NCBI RefSeq assembly: GCF_964355755.1
Contig: NC_092670.1
Location: 29,748,388 to 29,812,387 of the forward strand
DNA: 64,000 bases
DNA from: Antedon mediterranea
Lineage: Eukaryota > Animalia > Echinodermata
Reading direction: 5' to 3'
A program made the position numbers and the translations under genes. The notes under the pieces are model-generated. The model did not search any database. It was not told the origin of the DNA and was given only the letters and a program-made list of their open reading frames with translations. How positions within the stretch are numbered: the first letter of the stretch is position 1; every line of letters starts with the position of its first letter. Below are positions 23,073-35,725 of the stretch, in pieces.

Positions 23073-26000
23073 TAGTCCAGTCAATCTAATGATATACCCA
23101 CCACAAATTGCAATAGTAACAAAGCAAGTATTTTTGAATTCCATATAAAGTGTAGAACGACATACTAAAAGTCACCGAAAATCCAAGCATTGGGTCAAGG
23201 GGTCAGAGATCAATAAAGGTCATTTTAAGTCAAAATTAATATGCCCCATTAATTACATATATTTAAACATTTGAAATACATTATATACAAGTGTGATTTA
23301 TGTCATCCGAAAGTTTATTAAATTTCCTATTCAGTGATATCAAACTTATAGTCATAACATTTTATTTAGCATGTCATTTTTTGCGGAAAAACACAACATA
23401 ATGTGTCAATTGGCTAAAAATGTTGTTTTCGCTGTAAACAACAATGGTATACACACAGGGATACTGTGGGGTGAACATTTCAGTCCAAAGCGATACACAT
23501 GACTAGCTCAAGATGCAGATGAGTTCCTGTTCCTGTTGCTTCTGGATGATCTACATTCCATTTTTTTTCCAGATGGCATTTGTGTTGCCATGGTTACAGT
23601 ATTTATATTGGGATGTGTAAGTATTTTAACGATTTTTTAACCAGTAGAAATACAAAGATGTTCAACAGCAGTTTGACAATGACCTCCATGTTGTATGACG
23701 TTCGGACCATCTGGGCTGGATTGTCAACAGACCTGGTGATTGAAAAGGTTTCTATGAGAAGCCTCAAAGAAAACCAGAGGTTTGAAAAGAGATTTAGGAA
23801 TGAGTACATCCAGACCAAATCTGCGTTGAATGTAATGCCTCGCAATAGTACCAGGGCGTTACTCCAGCAGCGGCCAACATGAGAACTTTGGCCACACGTC
23901 AGGAACACAATAGCAATTGACAAATCCATTTGGTTACGACTCAGAGACTTCATACCATTGACACGGGAGTTACTGCAGGTGACTCGGAATATTGGCAATG
24001 TGGTATTAAGCATTGAATATTTTGGACGGATGTTAGGCCAGAAAGTCTTGCAATGTATTCAAGATTCTGCCAATAAAGTACATAATGGCAAATATGTGTG
24101 CATTGATCCTACAGTTCCAGAGGAGACTCGAGGTGACAACAAGGAAGTTTTTGAACATGAACTTTGTTATCCACCAGCACTTTTTGAAACAACCAACTTA
24201 CAATACTTTCAGCTAATAAACCAACATGATGCCATGTTGAAACAATGAATAGTCTAACACATCCAACTCACTGAATGATGTCCAGTAGGCCTACATTCTA
24301 GATGGTAGTGCTCTACTGCACAGCATTCCATGGAATAGTGTAGAGACTTATGATGCGATCTGCCATCATAGTCTTTGATGATTATGAAAGCGGCTCATCC
24401 ACCAAAGACGGCGCACATGGTAAGGCGGGTCAGGTGGTAGTATCCCTGTACATTTTACCAGTGACATGTTCCACAAAATAGGATCACTTTCTGTAACAAA
24501 CAACAATTTATAAATCTTCGTAATTAGTACCCGTATTTGAACAAAATGGCAATGAGTGAATGCAGCTGCTGATGCAGATGTTATTTCGGATAGTACAAAA
24601 AACCATTGAATCAGCAAACAGGAAAACAACTGTCATTATCCGATGACACGGATCTATCTAGTGCTCCTCTACAATCAAACATTTAAAACATCTTGTGATA
24701 TTCTTTAGACTGGAACTGAGATGCTGGACTATCAAACTCAAACTGGTTCAAACAGTACTTTTGAGAGACATCTGTGATAACCTTCTGTTTGCTCATGCGA
24801 TACTGGTGACAAAACATATACAGAGTTTTTGGAATTGGAAAACAAGTGGCTCTAAAAAAAGCTTGTCATTGCACTTATTTCTGACATTATGCTGTAGTCT
24901 TCAGATGCAAACAAGCTACAAAGGATGACATTGTGGTTGCTAGAGAAAATGATTTAGTTTGTCTGTACAATGGACGACCTGGAAAACATGGAATGCCTTT
25001 GACTCCATCCCATCTACAAGTACAACCTCGCATATATAACTTCATAATCGTACCACAACCAAGGTACATAACATAATATTCAAGTTCAAATTCAAGTTAT
25101 CTTTTAGCAATGGAGTGGGGTTGATATGTGTACCGAAGATTGGGGATGGAAGATCAGATGATGGAAACATGGTTCCTCTACACACAGACTTAAAGCCAGC
25201 ACCTGAATCTCATTGAAGCCTTCAGGGGTAACTATAACTACATGTGGTGAATGCAACGGCATTGCACTGTACTGATACCCGAACAAGAAAGTGATACTGA
25301 TTTTCTATTTGAAGGATTAAACAATATCATCCCATACGGGGCAATTCAAATAAAAAGGTCTGGATTAAAATGATCTTACAAAATATACAAAAATATCACA
25401 ATACACAGTACAATATAACAAGAGTCAAAGTTCAAGAATTTAAGAGTCGGGTGGCAACTGGCAAAACAGAATTTCTTTTACGGTGTGTTCTACATGCCAG
25501 GCATCGAAAGCGACGCCCAAGAGGCATGAGCTCGAAATCACTGAACAAAGCATGGTTAAAATTTTTTAGAATAGCTCTACTTTTTTCTAGAGTTTGCATG
25601 TCACAGAAGAAAGATAAGCTACGAAGTTGACAACCTATTAATTTAGAACTTAAATTAACAATTCTTTGTAGTGAGTCTCTCTTTTTGACCCTAAGACTAA
25701 AAAACCAGCATATAAAGTAAAACAGTTCAAACGTTCTCAATAAAGGAATTATAAAAAAAAACCTGAGAATGACTTTATCGACATTAAAATGGTTCAGCTT
25801 CCTTAACAGATAAAGTCTCTGGTGCCCTTTCTTTACTATTACCTCTGTATTTAATTTTCAGCTGAGATTGTCCTAGGTATTTAAAGGAATGGACAATTTT
25901 GCTGGTTCGTCATTTATGAGGGATACCATAGGGCTGCGTCTTTTCTCCTTCCTAAAATCTACAATCATCTCCTTGGTTTTGGTCACATTGACTTCCATCT

Positions 26001-27375
26001 AATGCGGAACCATGGCCGTCCTGTGAATTTTTAAGGAGAGACAGCAAGACAGTGTCGTCAGCAAATTTGACAAGATGACTATTGTCCTGTTTGCTGCGAC
26101 AGTCATCCGTGTATATAATATACAGGAGAGGAGAGAGGACGCAACCCTGGGGAGATCCAATACTTGTCATTACGTACATTCATTGATACTAAAATCATCA
26201 AAAATCTATCAATAGTAAATCATGAGTTGATTCTAAATTATCAAGACTCATTAATTAATCAGCAATAGTACATACCGGTAATGAATTTCAATGTTCTTCT
26301 AGCTAGCACCATTTTTCCTATTTCATGACGATACAATAGGTACAGGAAAAACATTATTTGCACCAAATACTTCCAATATATAATTAAAAACATAATTTAG
26401 TTTTACGCTATTTTAAGAAAATTTGAGTTTTCGTGAAAGGTCACTGACCTCTATAGTTACATAACAACTGTTGTATCAATTAGTTTTTAGAGTAAGAAAT
26501 ACATATTATACACATTTGTAGTTATTTAGATTTTATTGGCAGGCATAAATGTTACCTCTAAACACAAGTTTCATCAAATGCATCGGCAATTATGGAATAA
26601 GACATTGCAGATAATAATTTTGTTAGGAAAAATTTGAGTTTTTGTAAAAGGTCAATGACCTTTTGACCTCTAGTTACGTATAACTGTTGTATTAATTGTT
26701 TTTTTAATGTATATTATTAGGATATATATACTATACACATTGGTACTAAAGCTATTTAGATATGGTTATAAAACAATGGATTATAGGCATAAACGCTACT
26801 CCCTACCACAAAATTGTTTACATAACATTTGATCAAGAATCAATTTCAATAAGAATAGTACATCATTACTTTTAAAATTCTTCTAGTTAACATCATGTTT
26901 CCTATTTTATATATCGATAGGTACAGAAAAAACACAATTTTGATTAAATGCATCCACAATTATGGCATACGATATTAAAGTTAATAATTTTTTTATGGAA
27001 AAAAATGAGTTTTTGTAAAAGCTCAATAACCTTTTGACCTCTAGTTATATAAATAGGTGTTGTATTTTGGTTTTTTAAATTGTATATTAGAAAGACATAT
27101 ATATTCTACATATTGATATCAAGATTATTGAGATTGGATTATAAAACCACAAGTTATGGGCATAAATGTTACCCCCTACCCCAAAAATATTTACGGAATA
27201 AAATCGCTATATAGTTGTTGAGATTACGTAAAAAATAATGTGTTCCAATGCTTCAATTTTCGGTGACTTTTAATATGTCATTCTAAAGTACATTTGGAAT
27301 GAAAAAATCAATGTTTCGTTACTATTGCAATTTGTGGTGGGTTTACCTCTAAATATCACTAGATTGACTGGACTA
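23073..27375 (+). mobile_element. Decayed Academ-like DNA transposon with transposase remnants
   Basis: TIRs of ~120 bp beginning TAGTCCAGTCAATCTA (23073) and ending TAGATTGACTGGACTA (27375). Broken + strand coding remnants lie at ~23500-25290: IWAGLSTDLVIEK, VFEHELCYPPALFE, ILDGSALLHSIPW, VFDDYESGSSTKD, AADADVI, DDTDL, LLFAHAIL, EDWGWK. I recall this XPG/PIN-like region from Academ transposases. There are subterminal internal repeats at 26270-27200. Confidence 0.72.
25305..26175 (-). mobile_element. Rex1/Babar-like LINE 3' fragment nested in the Academ-like element
   Basis: GSPQGCVLSPLLYIIYTDDC...KFADDTVLLSLL and C-terminal MPLGRRFRCLACRTHRKRNSVLPVATRLLNS*; frameshifted. Confidence 0.8.
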
Positions 27376-28016
27376 TAGGCCTAGGGCCTAGCCTATTTCG
27401 GATCTCATGTCTTGCAATATCTGAAAATACATAATGTACTAATAATACTGTACATTATTGTTATTTTTTATTCGCACTGGAAGGAAGTATCTAGGCTTTC
27501 CTGTTATGTTAAAATTAAATATATTATTTATTATCCTCAGCAGTGAAAACAATTATATTTTGTTGTATATGCCGTCATTTTAATTGTTAAAAACATGATC
27601 TTCAGTCGATGGCTCAGGAGTTTCGATAAATCTCGCGTCGCGCGTGGTGGAAAACACGCTCAGCAAGTTTGCTTCATTAATATGCACGATACTCTGTGAC
27701 GACCCACTTTAACGTGACGTCATTTTACTTTAGCTGCATGCGAAGAAGTAGTCACCGAACATGGCGTATGCGAAATTGACGAACCGATGTGCGAGAAACG
27801 CGTCTGTAAATTCATCAATTTAAAGGATTTATTTGTCACTTTTTGTGTGATCTCCTTCGTAAAAGTATTTTTGAGGCCTAATTCTAAGGTGTGGTACTCA
27901 CAATAAAGTTTCTTAACACATTTTGAGTCGAGATAAATGACAGGTGCGAAACGGAACTAGCGCCGCATAGCCAGCTAGCCATGATGAATGATTATAGGCC
28001 TCTAGCCTAGCTAGGA

Positions 28017-29944
28017 CGGATTACGGTCGAAGCGGCCGCCAACTAAAGCGGCCGCTAGTTCAATAACGGTAATCTGTATGGAACGCCGTGTGCGCTTTGA
28101 TTGTCGTTGTTTTGTAATCTTTGATTGTCATTGTTTCGACAGGTTTTCTTTACCTCGGACGTAAATAACAATCTACATTATTATGTAATTTATTCTCTTT
28201 TTTTTACAGATTGAATGTGATACGCGTACGTTCTTTTAAACGAAATGGCAAATCGATGATTACTTAATTTTAACTGTTCTAAATGATATACATATGTTTA
28301 ATAAAGTCTAAAATACATTGTGGTGTTTATATTGTATATTAATATAATATAATGATAAGCCAATTATTAAGAATTATATATAAATAAACCAATCAATAAA
28401 GTATATCAAAATATATAAATATATTAATAATTAAAAATATTTGTTATTGTATATTAATTAATTAGTAAAATAACTAGTAGTGTTCGCAATCGAAATTTAA
28501 TTACAATAACATGATGACAGCAATTTATTTAATATCCCTACACTATTTTATTACTTCAGATATTTAAATATTGATCAATTGAAAATGAGTTTTAAATACT
28601 AAAATAAGATGAAAGTGTCTGTTTGATACGGTAATTAATTACGCGAATTATTACGCGTGACGGCCAGCAATAGTGCTGCTGCACATTAGGTGCGCGTCCC
28701 ATGTTGCTTTATTGAAAACACAAACAATGTATTACAATGGAATAACACTTAAATGTATAACACACCCTATTACTAATAATAAAAACCAAGATTCGATAGT
28801 ACAGTATGTAAATGAGATATAAATATTCGGCAATACCGTACGTAAATTATTAATGCAATACTGTATAAAGATTCAATAGTATGTAAACGAGATATAAAGA
28901 TTCGGCAATACCGTACGTAAATTATTAATGCAATACTGTATAAAGATTCGATAGTATGTCAAATGAGATATCAAGATTCGGCAATACCGTACGTAAATTA
29001 TTAATGCAATACTGTATAAAGATTCAATAGTACATATGTCAAATGAGATATAAAGATTTGGCAATACCGTATACGTAAATTATTAATGCAATACTGTATA
29101 AAGATTCGATAGTATATAAACGAGATATAAATATTCGACAATACCGTACGTAAATTATTATTGCAATACTGTATAAAGATTCGATAGTATGTAAACAAGA
29201 TATAAATATTCGGCAATACCGTACGTAAATTATTAATGCAATACTGTATAAAATTCGATAGTATGTAAATGAGATATAAATATTCGGCAATACCGTACGT
29301 AAATTATTATTGCAATACTGTACTGTATAAAATTCGATAGTTAAATGTAAATGAGATATAAATATTCGACAATACCGTACGTACATTATTATTGCAATAC
29401 TGTATAAAATTCGATAGTTAAATGTAAATGAGATATAAATATTCGGCAATACCGTACGTAAATTATTATTGCAATACTGTATAAAATTCGATAGTATGTA
29501 AATGAGATATAAAGATTCGGCAATACCGTACGTAAATTATTATTATTGCAATACTGTATAAGGATTCAATAGCATATAAACGAGATATAAAGATTCGGCA
29601 ATACCGTATACGTAAATTATTATTGCAATACTGTATAAGGATTCAATAGTATGTAAACGAGATATAAAGGTTCGGCAAAATATATTTCGATATTATGTAT
29701 TAGTTAATAGTAAATACAAATAAAATATACATTGATTTATCGGCAGGCAAACTTAATTATTATAGAAATATAAAGATTTGATAGTACATGAGTTGGCTTA
29801 TATTTATTTAGCTGTAACTCAACTCGCCATAGGCCATGGCGTTGACAACGACAATCAAAGATTCAAGCGCACATGGCGTTCCATACAAATGACGATATTA
29901 AACTGGCGGCCGCTTTGGTTGGCGGCCGCTTCGACCATACTCCG
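28017..29944. mobile_element. Non-autonomous TIR element with 6-bp TSD carrying an internal tandem array
   Basis: Imperfect TIR of ~90 bp (CGGATTACGGTCGAAGCGGCCGCCAAC... / ...GTTGGCGGCCGCTTCGACCATACTCCG). CTAGGA is directly repeated at 28011-28016 and 29945-29950. Confidence 0.85.
28790..29678. repeat. Tandem array, ~75-bp unit, ~12 copies
   Basis: Unit ATTCGATAGTATGTAAATGAGATATAAAGATTCGGCAATACCGTACGTAAATTATTAATGCAATACTGTATAAAG repeated head-to-tail with small indels. Confidence 0.95.
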
Positions 29945-30221
29945 CTAGGACTAGTGTCTTGCTTCTCTGTAGTGTAGTAGTAGACAGGCTTGGGAGGCCT
30001 GGCTAAAGGTTAAATGAAATCACTATTTAGTTATAGGCCTATGCTTACCTTTTTATTAGACAAAAAATATATAACAAGCTATTATTAGGCCTTACTTTAT
30101 ATAGGCCCTTCCTTCTTGTATCTTCTTTTCAATTATTTTGTTTGTTTGTTGATTATTAAAAATGGAAGAACGCCCTCTATATAAGATATACATGCGCCAG
30201 GCCACCAACTGCTGTGCATGC

Positions 30222-31733
30222 TAGATTAGTCAATTAAATCTAGCATTTTGAGTGAAACAAATTGCAAACAGAGATTTTTTTAAATGGTTACATATCATAA
30301 GGTGATTATTTTTTGAGCATCACACTCGACATCCCGAAGGTATGCAAATTAGCTTAAATATGCAAATTAGGGTGAAATTACAGGCCTGTTTCCATATCTT
30401 AAAAAATACTAATCGTTCAGAATATACAGTATTTATATATACTAATGAGACATTTTACAAAATAATGTCCGGAAGTACCAAATTTTGACCCTTGACCCCA
30501 TTTCTCAATATTTGCATAAATATTTATTTGGGACTCAATGACTTTGATATTGTTTTTCAATACCCACCATAGAACTGTATTATAATTCCCCAAATCACAC
30601 CTTTGTTACGCACCTCGAAAGTATGCAAATTAGTAGTACAAATAACATTAAATATGCAAATTAGGGAGTGAAATTATAGCGTTGCCATATCTCGAAACCG
30701 CTAATTCTACTGTAGAGTGTTGGTTTTTTCACTAAAATATTTGAAATATGTATATTTATATTTGCTGTAATGAGACATTTTACAAAAAAATGCCCGGAAG
30801 TATGACATTTGACCCTCGACCCCATTTCTCAATATTGCATATATATATTGAAACTCAAATGTCTTATTAGTACAAGTTACATGAAATATGCAAATTAGGG
30901 GGTGAAATTACAGGTTCCTATATATCGAAAACCGCTAAGGCTAGAGAGTTGATGTTTTCAAAAACTTGTTCAGAATGTACATATTTATATTTGCTCTAAT
31001 GAAACATTGTATTCGAGTCATTTGAAGGCAAAACAAAGTCTCTACAGCAGACATTTTAGCTTCATTATATATGCAATATTGAGAAATGGGGTCGAGGGTC
31101 GAATTTCATACTTCCAGTCATTTTTTGGTGAAATGTTTTATTGGAGCAAATATAAATATGTACATTCTGAATACGGCTGTGAAAAAAATCAACTCTCTAG
31201 CATTAGTGGTTTTTAAGATATAGGACAACTGTAATTTTTCCCCCTTATTTGCATATTTTATTTAAATTTTACTACTAAATTGCATACTTTTGAGGTGTGT
31301 GACAAAGGTGTGATTTTGGGAATTACAAAGTGGTCCTATGCTGGCTATTATGAACCTATGTCTGGGTCATTTGAGGGCAAAATAAAGTCTCTACAGACAT
31401 TTTAGTCACATTGTGTATGCAAACATTGAGAAATAGGATCGAAGGTCAAATGTTGTACTTCCGGTCACTTTTTCGTAAAATGTTTCATTAGAGTAAATAT
31501 AAATATATACATTTTGAATAAATCAGCTCTCTCGGACTATTGGTTTTTGAGATATGGTAACCCTGTAATTTCATCCTAATTTGCATATTTAATTTGCCTA
31601 TCATCGGGATGAGTGACAGGGGTGTGATGCTCAAATTTTGATCTCCTCATCATATTATGATGACATGACATAAAAATCTCTGTTTGCAGTTTGTTTCACT
31701 TTGGGATGTTTTTTGTATAGATTTACTAGCCTA
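30222..31733. mobile_element. Foldback-like palindromic non-autonomous element with TAG...CTA ends (possibly Academ-derived)
   Basis: The left arm (GTGAAACAAATTGCAAACAGAGATTTTT, ATATGCAAATTAGG, GACCCCATTTCTCAATATT repeats) is mirrored by the right arm, with the symmetry centre near 31010. No TSD seen. Confidence 0.7.
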
Positions 31734-32129
31734 TAATACTAACTTTCTAAATCAAAATTTATGTCACAAAAAAATATGATGTGCCCATATATAGACATGA
31801 TGATGTCATATCACTACCATTATTATTTGGGCACACTTTTTTTTTTCTAGTTTGATAGTGTAGACAGAGTTTTAGATTTTTTCTACTACAGACTGTTTGA
31901 CAAAACTACTGTAGGCCTGTCTGCTCTTTTTAATCTGACATCCCATTTTGAGGATCGGACGATTGTCGATACTCGGATTATAAACTTTTTACTTTATTCC
32001 TCTTCATTGAAAAAAAAAGGTTCCATAGAAAGGAACTTTCTACAAATCAGTCTCATTCGCATTAGCATTAGAAGCGAGTCATTAACAAAATAAGTCTTGC
32101 TTGACCAACCTATTAAAGTATAAAGACCT

Positions 32130-32830
32130 TGTTACGCAAGGATTTAGATTATGGAGTCCCGGCAGTGGATTTTATATTTCTAGACTTCGAAACGGTACGA
32201 TATCATGATATCAAAATTAAAATCGTATAAGGTATCACTCCAAATGAGGTGGATCGAGAATTGATTACGTACTTGCAAAACATCGCGATCAAGTATCTCT
32301 TCCGTTTCCAATTGAGACCCGAAAGGATCAGTAGGCCATACTGGTCTTCTTTTTTTGTTGATGTTTTTGACTTAAAATTTTCTTTTCAAAAACTTGGATA
32401 CGGTTATGAGAATGGGTCAAAAACTCACATGGTTATTACAATTTAATGTTGGAAAATGTAGCTGCATGAATCGCGGTTCTAAAAACCAGACTACTTACAT
32501 CATCAAGAAAACCACATGTGAAAGAAAAAATAGGCTAATTCAATTTGTTATTACACTTGAAAAGGAGAGCAAGAGGAGATCTCATTGAAGTTTTCAAAAT
32601 CTTCACTTTGATGATGTCGACTCAGTTTTTTACCAAATTGAATTTTACCAGAACTAGAGGACATTCATCTAAATTGTTTAAAAATAAACTAGTTAGGCCT
32701 AATTCCCTCAAATGCACCTACTTCTTCTTTCAAAGAATCATTATTTCTGGAATTCTCCCCTGACTACGTGGTAACTGCTCTCTCTCCCCCTCTATCTCTA
32801 TGAATAGTTTCAAGAAGTCTCGAGCGAACG
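32130..32830 (+). mobile_element. Highly decayed CR1-like LINE fragment
   Basis: Remnants VDFIFLDF, WLLQFNVGKC, RRARGDLIEVFKI, RTRGHSSKLFK. Confidence 0.7.
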
Positions 32831-33034
32831 TGGAGTTTTATAGGCCATGCGGGTCTAACCATTTCCCACTACTATCAAGTACGGTAAGTATTTCTTTATT
32901 AAAACATTTTCATTAAACTATTTCATCATAAATAATACGCTTTATGCTACGTTGCTTCAATTTGCAATTTTACTATACAGTGGTATTATTTAAAGATTTT
33001 AGGGTTAAATTAAATAAAAAATCATTAAATTATT

Positions 33035-33790
33035 CACAACCATTATGCTGATGAGTTACAGCTATATATCGATTTTAATCCTTCTGAATCTCATTTATAA
33101 CTAAACGACTTGAAATCTGTCTTTCTACATAAAAAATATCATCCTGGCTATCCAACAATCTTAACAATACTTAAACTGAATTTATCTTTTTTTCCACCAA
33201 ACACATACGTTCTAAATTTATTTTGATGAATTATTATCCTTCAACAGCCATTAAGTCATGTTATGAAAACTACTAACTTCCATCTACGTAACATGCACTG
33301 CTTGCATTCGAAAGTAGGCCTACCTGTCAAAGCGTACTACCGCTACATTGTAAATGCCTAGCCTCAGTCACTTCTCGCCTTGACTGTTGCAACTCTCCTT
33401 TTTTTGCCCTACCGAAATATTTGATGAATCGACTTTGACGTCTCCAGAACACTTACTAGAAGATCGTCACACATATCTCCGATAGCATTATATATAACCT
33501 CCATCGGCTACCTATTGACTCCATTGTAAAAAATCCTTTTACTAACATTTGCGGTACTTCTTAAACTTCTTGATCTTCTTCCCTCCTACACCCCTCTTGC
33601 TTGTCTTCGTTCGGCTGATCAAAACCTACTGGTTGTTCCTAGAATAAACATCAAACCCTATGGACAAAAGTATTTTTGTTCTCTGCTGCTTCTCTATGGA
33701 ATTTTCTCCCTCGATATAGGCCTATTACTAAATCAACATCTATTGCTATTTTTTAAATAACTTAAAACGCATATTTTTAACATATAGGCC
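33035..33790 (+). mobile_element. Highly decayed L2-like LINE 3' fragment
   Basis: Remnants HYADELQLYIDF, NLHRLPI, LRSADQNLLVVPRINIKPYGQK, AASLWNFLP. Confidence 0.7.
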
Positions 33791-35350
33791 TAATACAAGA
33801 GCCTTTGATTTTTACCTCCGTTTATTTGATACTGACGCTCAGTACAAATACCTAAATTATTATTATTACAAGTTGTGCATTTTGTCGGTCAGCTTTTCGA
33901 TGACATCATTAATGAACGGTCGTTGATATTTGCGTGAATACATTCTTTTCCAATTTCCTTTAGTTCTCTTACAGTGTCGACCTATTTCATCAAACAGGCT
34001 CCCGAAGCTTTTAATATCCTCAACTAATTTGCTTTCTAAATGCTACTACGCTTTCTATGGCTGTGTGCTCTCGATGTAATTCAATCCTGTGTGATATCGG
34101 ATCCAATCTCTAATTTTGGGAGTGATATAAAAGAACGTCCTTACTACTCTTATGTCACCGTGTGTAAGACCATGGTTGTAAAATGCCCACTAATGTAAAA
34201 ATGCTAATCAAATAAAACAAGAAATATTTCTTACAAAAAACGCTGCTCGACATTTTAAAATTAATCATTGTTCTTTCTTCAGATATAGGCCTATTTATGA
34301 TTAATTATTAACAAGATGTCTTTTAATCGCCAAAATACATACAAATCAAAGATAGTTCTTTAATTATGAATCACATGCCCATTTAAAAATGGTCAATTTT
34401 GAACTTTAATGTGCTGTGTCACGGCGGTACAAGTGAGAAATTCTTCTCAGTCTGTTGATTCGCGTCAACCAATCAAAGGGCGAGAATCCAAAATCGTTCA
34501 ACCGTGAGCTCTCATAGACTCTCTTTTCCCAAACGTTTTTTGGGTCCAGCAGCTGGGATCTATAAATTATAGGCGATCGGTTTACAAAGTCTCAAAACTG
34601 TCGGCCTTAGATACTATAACTGCTGCTTGCTTCAGCTGCTGAATGAGTAGTCCTCATGGGATGTAGCTGGCTAGAGCAGCAGCGTGAAAAAACATATTTA
34701 GTGCTATACTCACACTACATTGTATTTTCCGGCGTGTCGGTTGTTTTTAGAACTTGCTACAGCGCCCTCATATTACCACCAGTCAAATTGATGAAATTGG
34801 AAGTGTGTACTTTGCATTGAGAAAGATAAACAACCGCGTTATGGAGTGGTGGTAGGAGTGGATTACCATGAGTGAGCCTTCGACCTGAAAAATAGCCACA
34901 TTGAATTCTTATTTCTTTGGGATTGTACACGTACATTAGAATTTTGGTATACTGTGTATGATAAGCCATATATATGACGGATCTTATCCCGCTACCCGAT
35001 GTCTGAAGTTGGTATTAAATAAAGCCATACATACAACTACTGGTTTCACGCCCTGCTGCACACAGATTTTATTTCTGTAGCACTTATTCAAGGCCTTATT
35101 AAGCTGGATGCAAAACTCAGAGGAAGTGATCCTCGTTTAATGCTTGTTTTTCGATTACCCAAATGGATTTTAAGTTCTGACTAAACATACATTACGTCAT
35201 ATAGGGATTTATATTGACCTTCAATCACTCCAACGTTGTGGAAACTATAAGGAACTTCATAATAACATTCAAAATTTAACATTATTTTGAGTTCATCGAC
35301 TTAAGGTTTTTGCTGGAGAGCGACCAGTTAGATATAATCTGCAAACCAAC

Positions 35351-35467
35351 ATGGGTAATGAGCCTAGCACTAGTGAAAAGTCTGGCAGAAGAAGACCTCA
35401 CAATGTCCACCTACAGGAACCAATGCCGGCCAAAACAGATCTGGATGCCAGATTTACCAAAGTACTG
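35351..35467 (+). CDS. FMNL: First coding exon of a formin-like (FMNL/FRL family) gene; the remainder lies beyond the window
   Basis: MGNEPSTSEKSGRRRPHNVHLQEPMPAKTDLDARFTKVL followed by GTAAGT. It resembles the FMNL N-terminus as I recall it (MGNAGS...[23 protein letters not shown]), has an MGNxxS myristoylation motif and a good start context (CAACATGG). I did not find exon 2 in the window. Confidence 0.85.
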
Positions 35468-35544
35468 GTAAGTACGGTTGATGTATTTTATTTTGGTTGA
35501 AATAAAAACTACTTCTGGTATAATGTAGTGAGATAATTATAAGT

Positions 35545-35725
35545 AAATTCACATTCCCAACAAAGAAGGTACCATAGTCCGTACCCCTTCTTAAGGATAC
35601 GGCAGAAATTTTTTACAAACTCTATTATCGACACATGGAACAACTTGCCTCAGGATGTAATAGAAGCTGCAAATGTTAATCAATTTAAAAACCGACTAGA
35701 GAAGTTTTGGAAACACCACCTCCCA
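35545..35725 (+). mobile_element. CR1-like LINE 3' fragment
   Basis: IRQKFFTNSIIDTWNNLPQDVIEAANVNQFKNRLEKFW, a typical CR1 ORF2 C-terminus. Confidence 0.7.

Noticed and set aside
28790-29678. Regular repeat array resembling CRISPR, and the ORFs 28873-29449 across it
   Set aside because: Units are contiguous with no unique spacers, there are no cas genes and the context is eukaryotic. The ORFs are repeat translations.
33045-33075. CTGATGA hammerhead-like core
   Set aside because: It is the decayed YADD codon region of a LINE, with no stem II or GAAA
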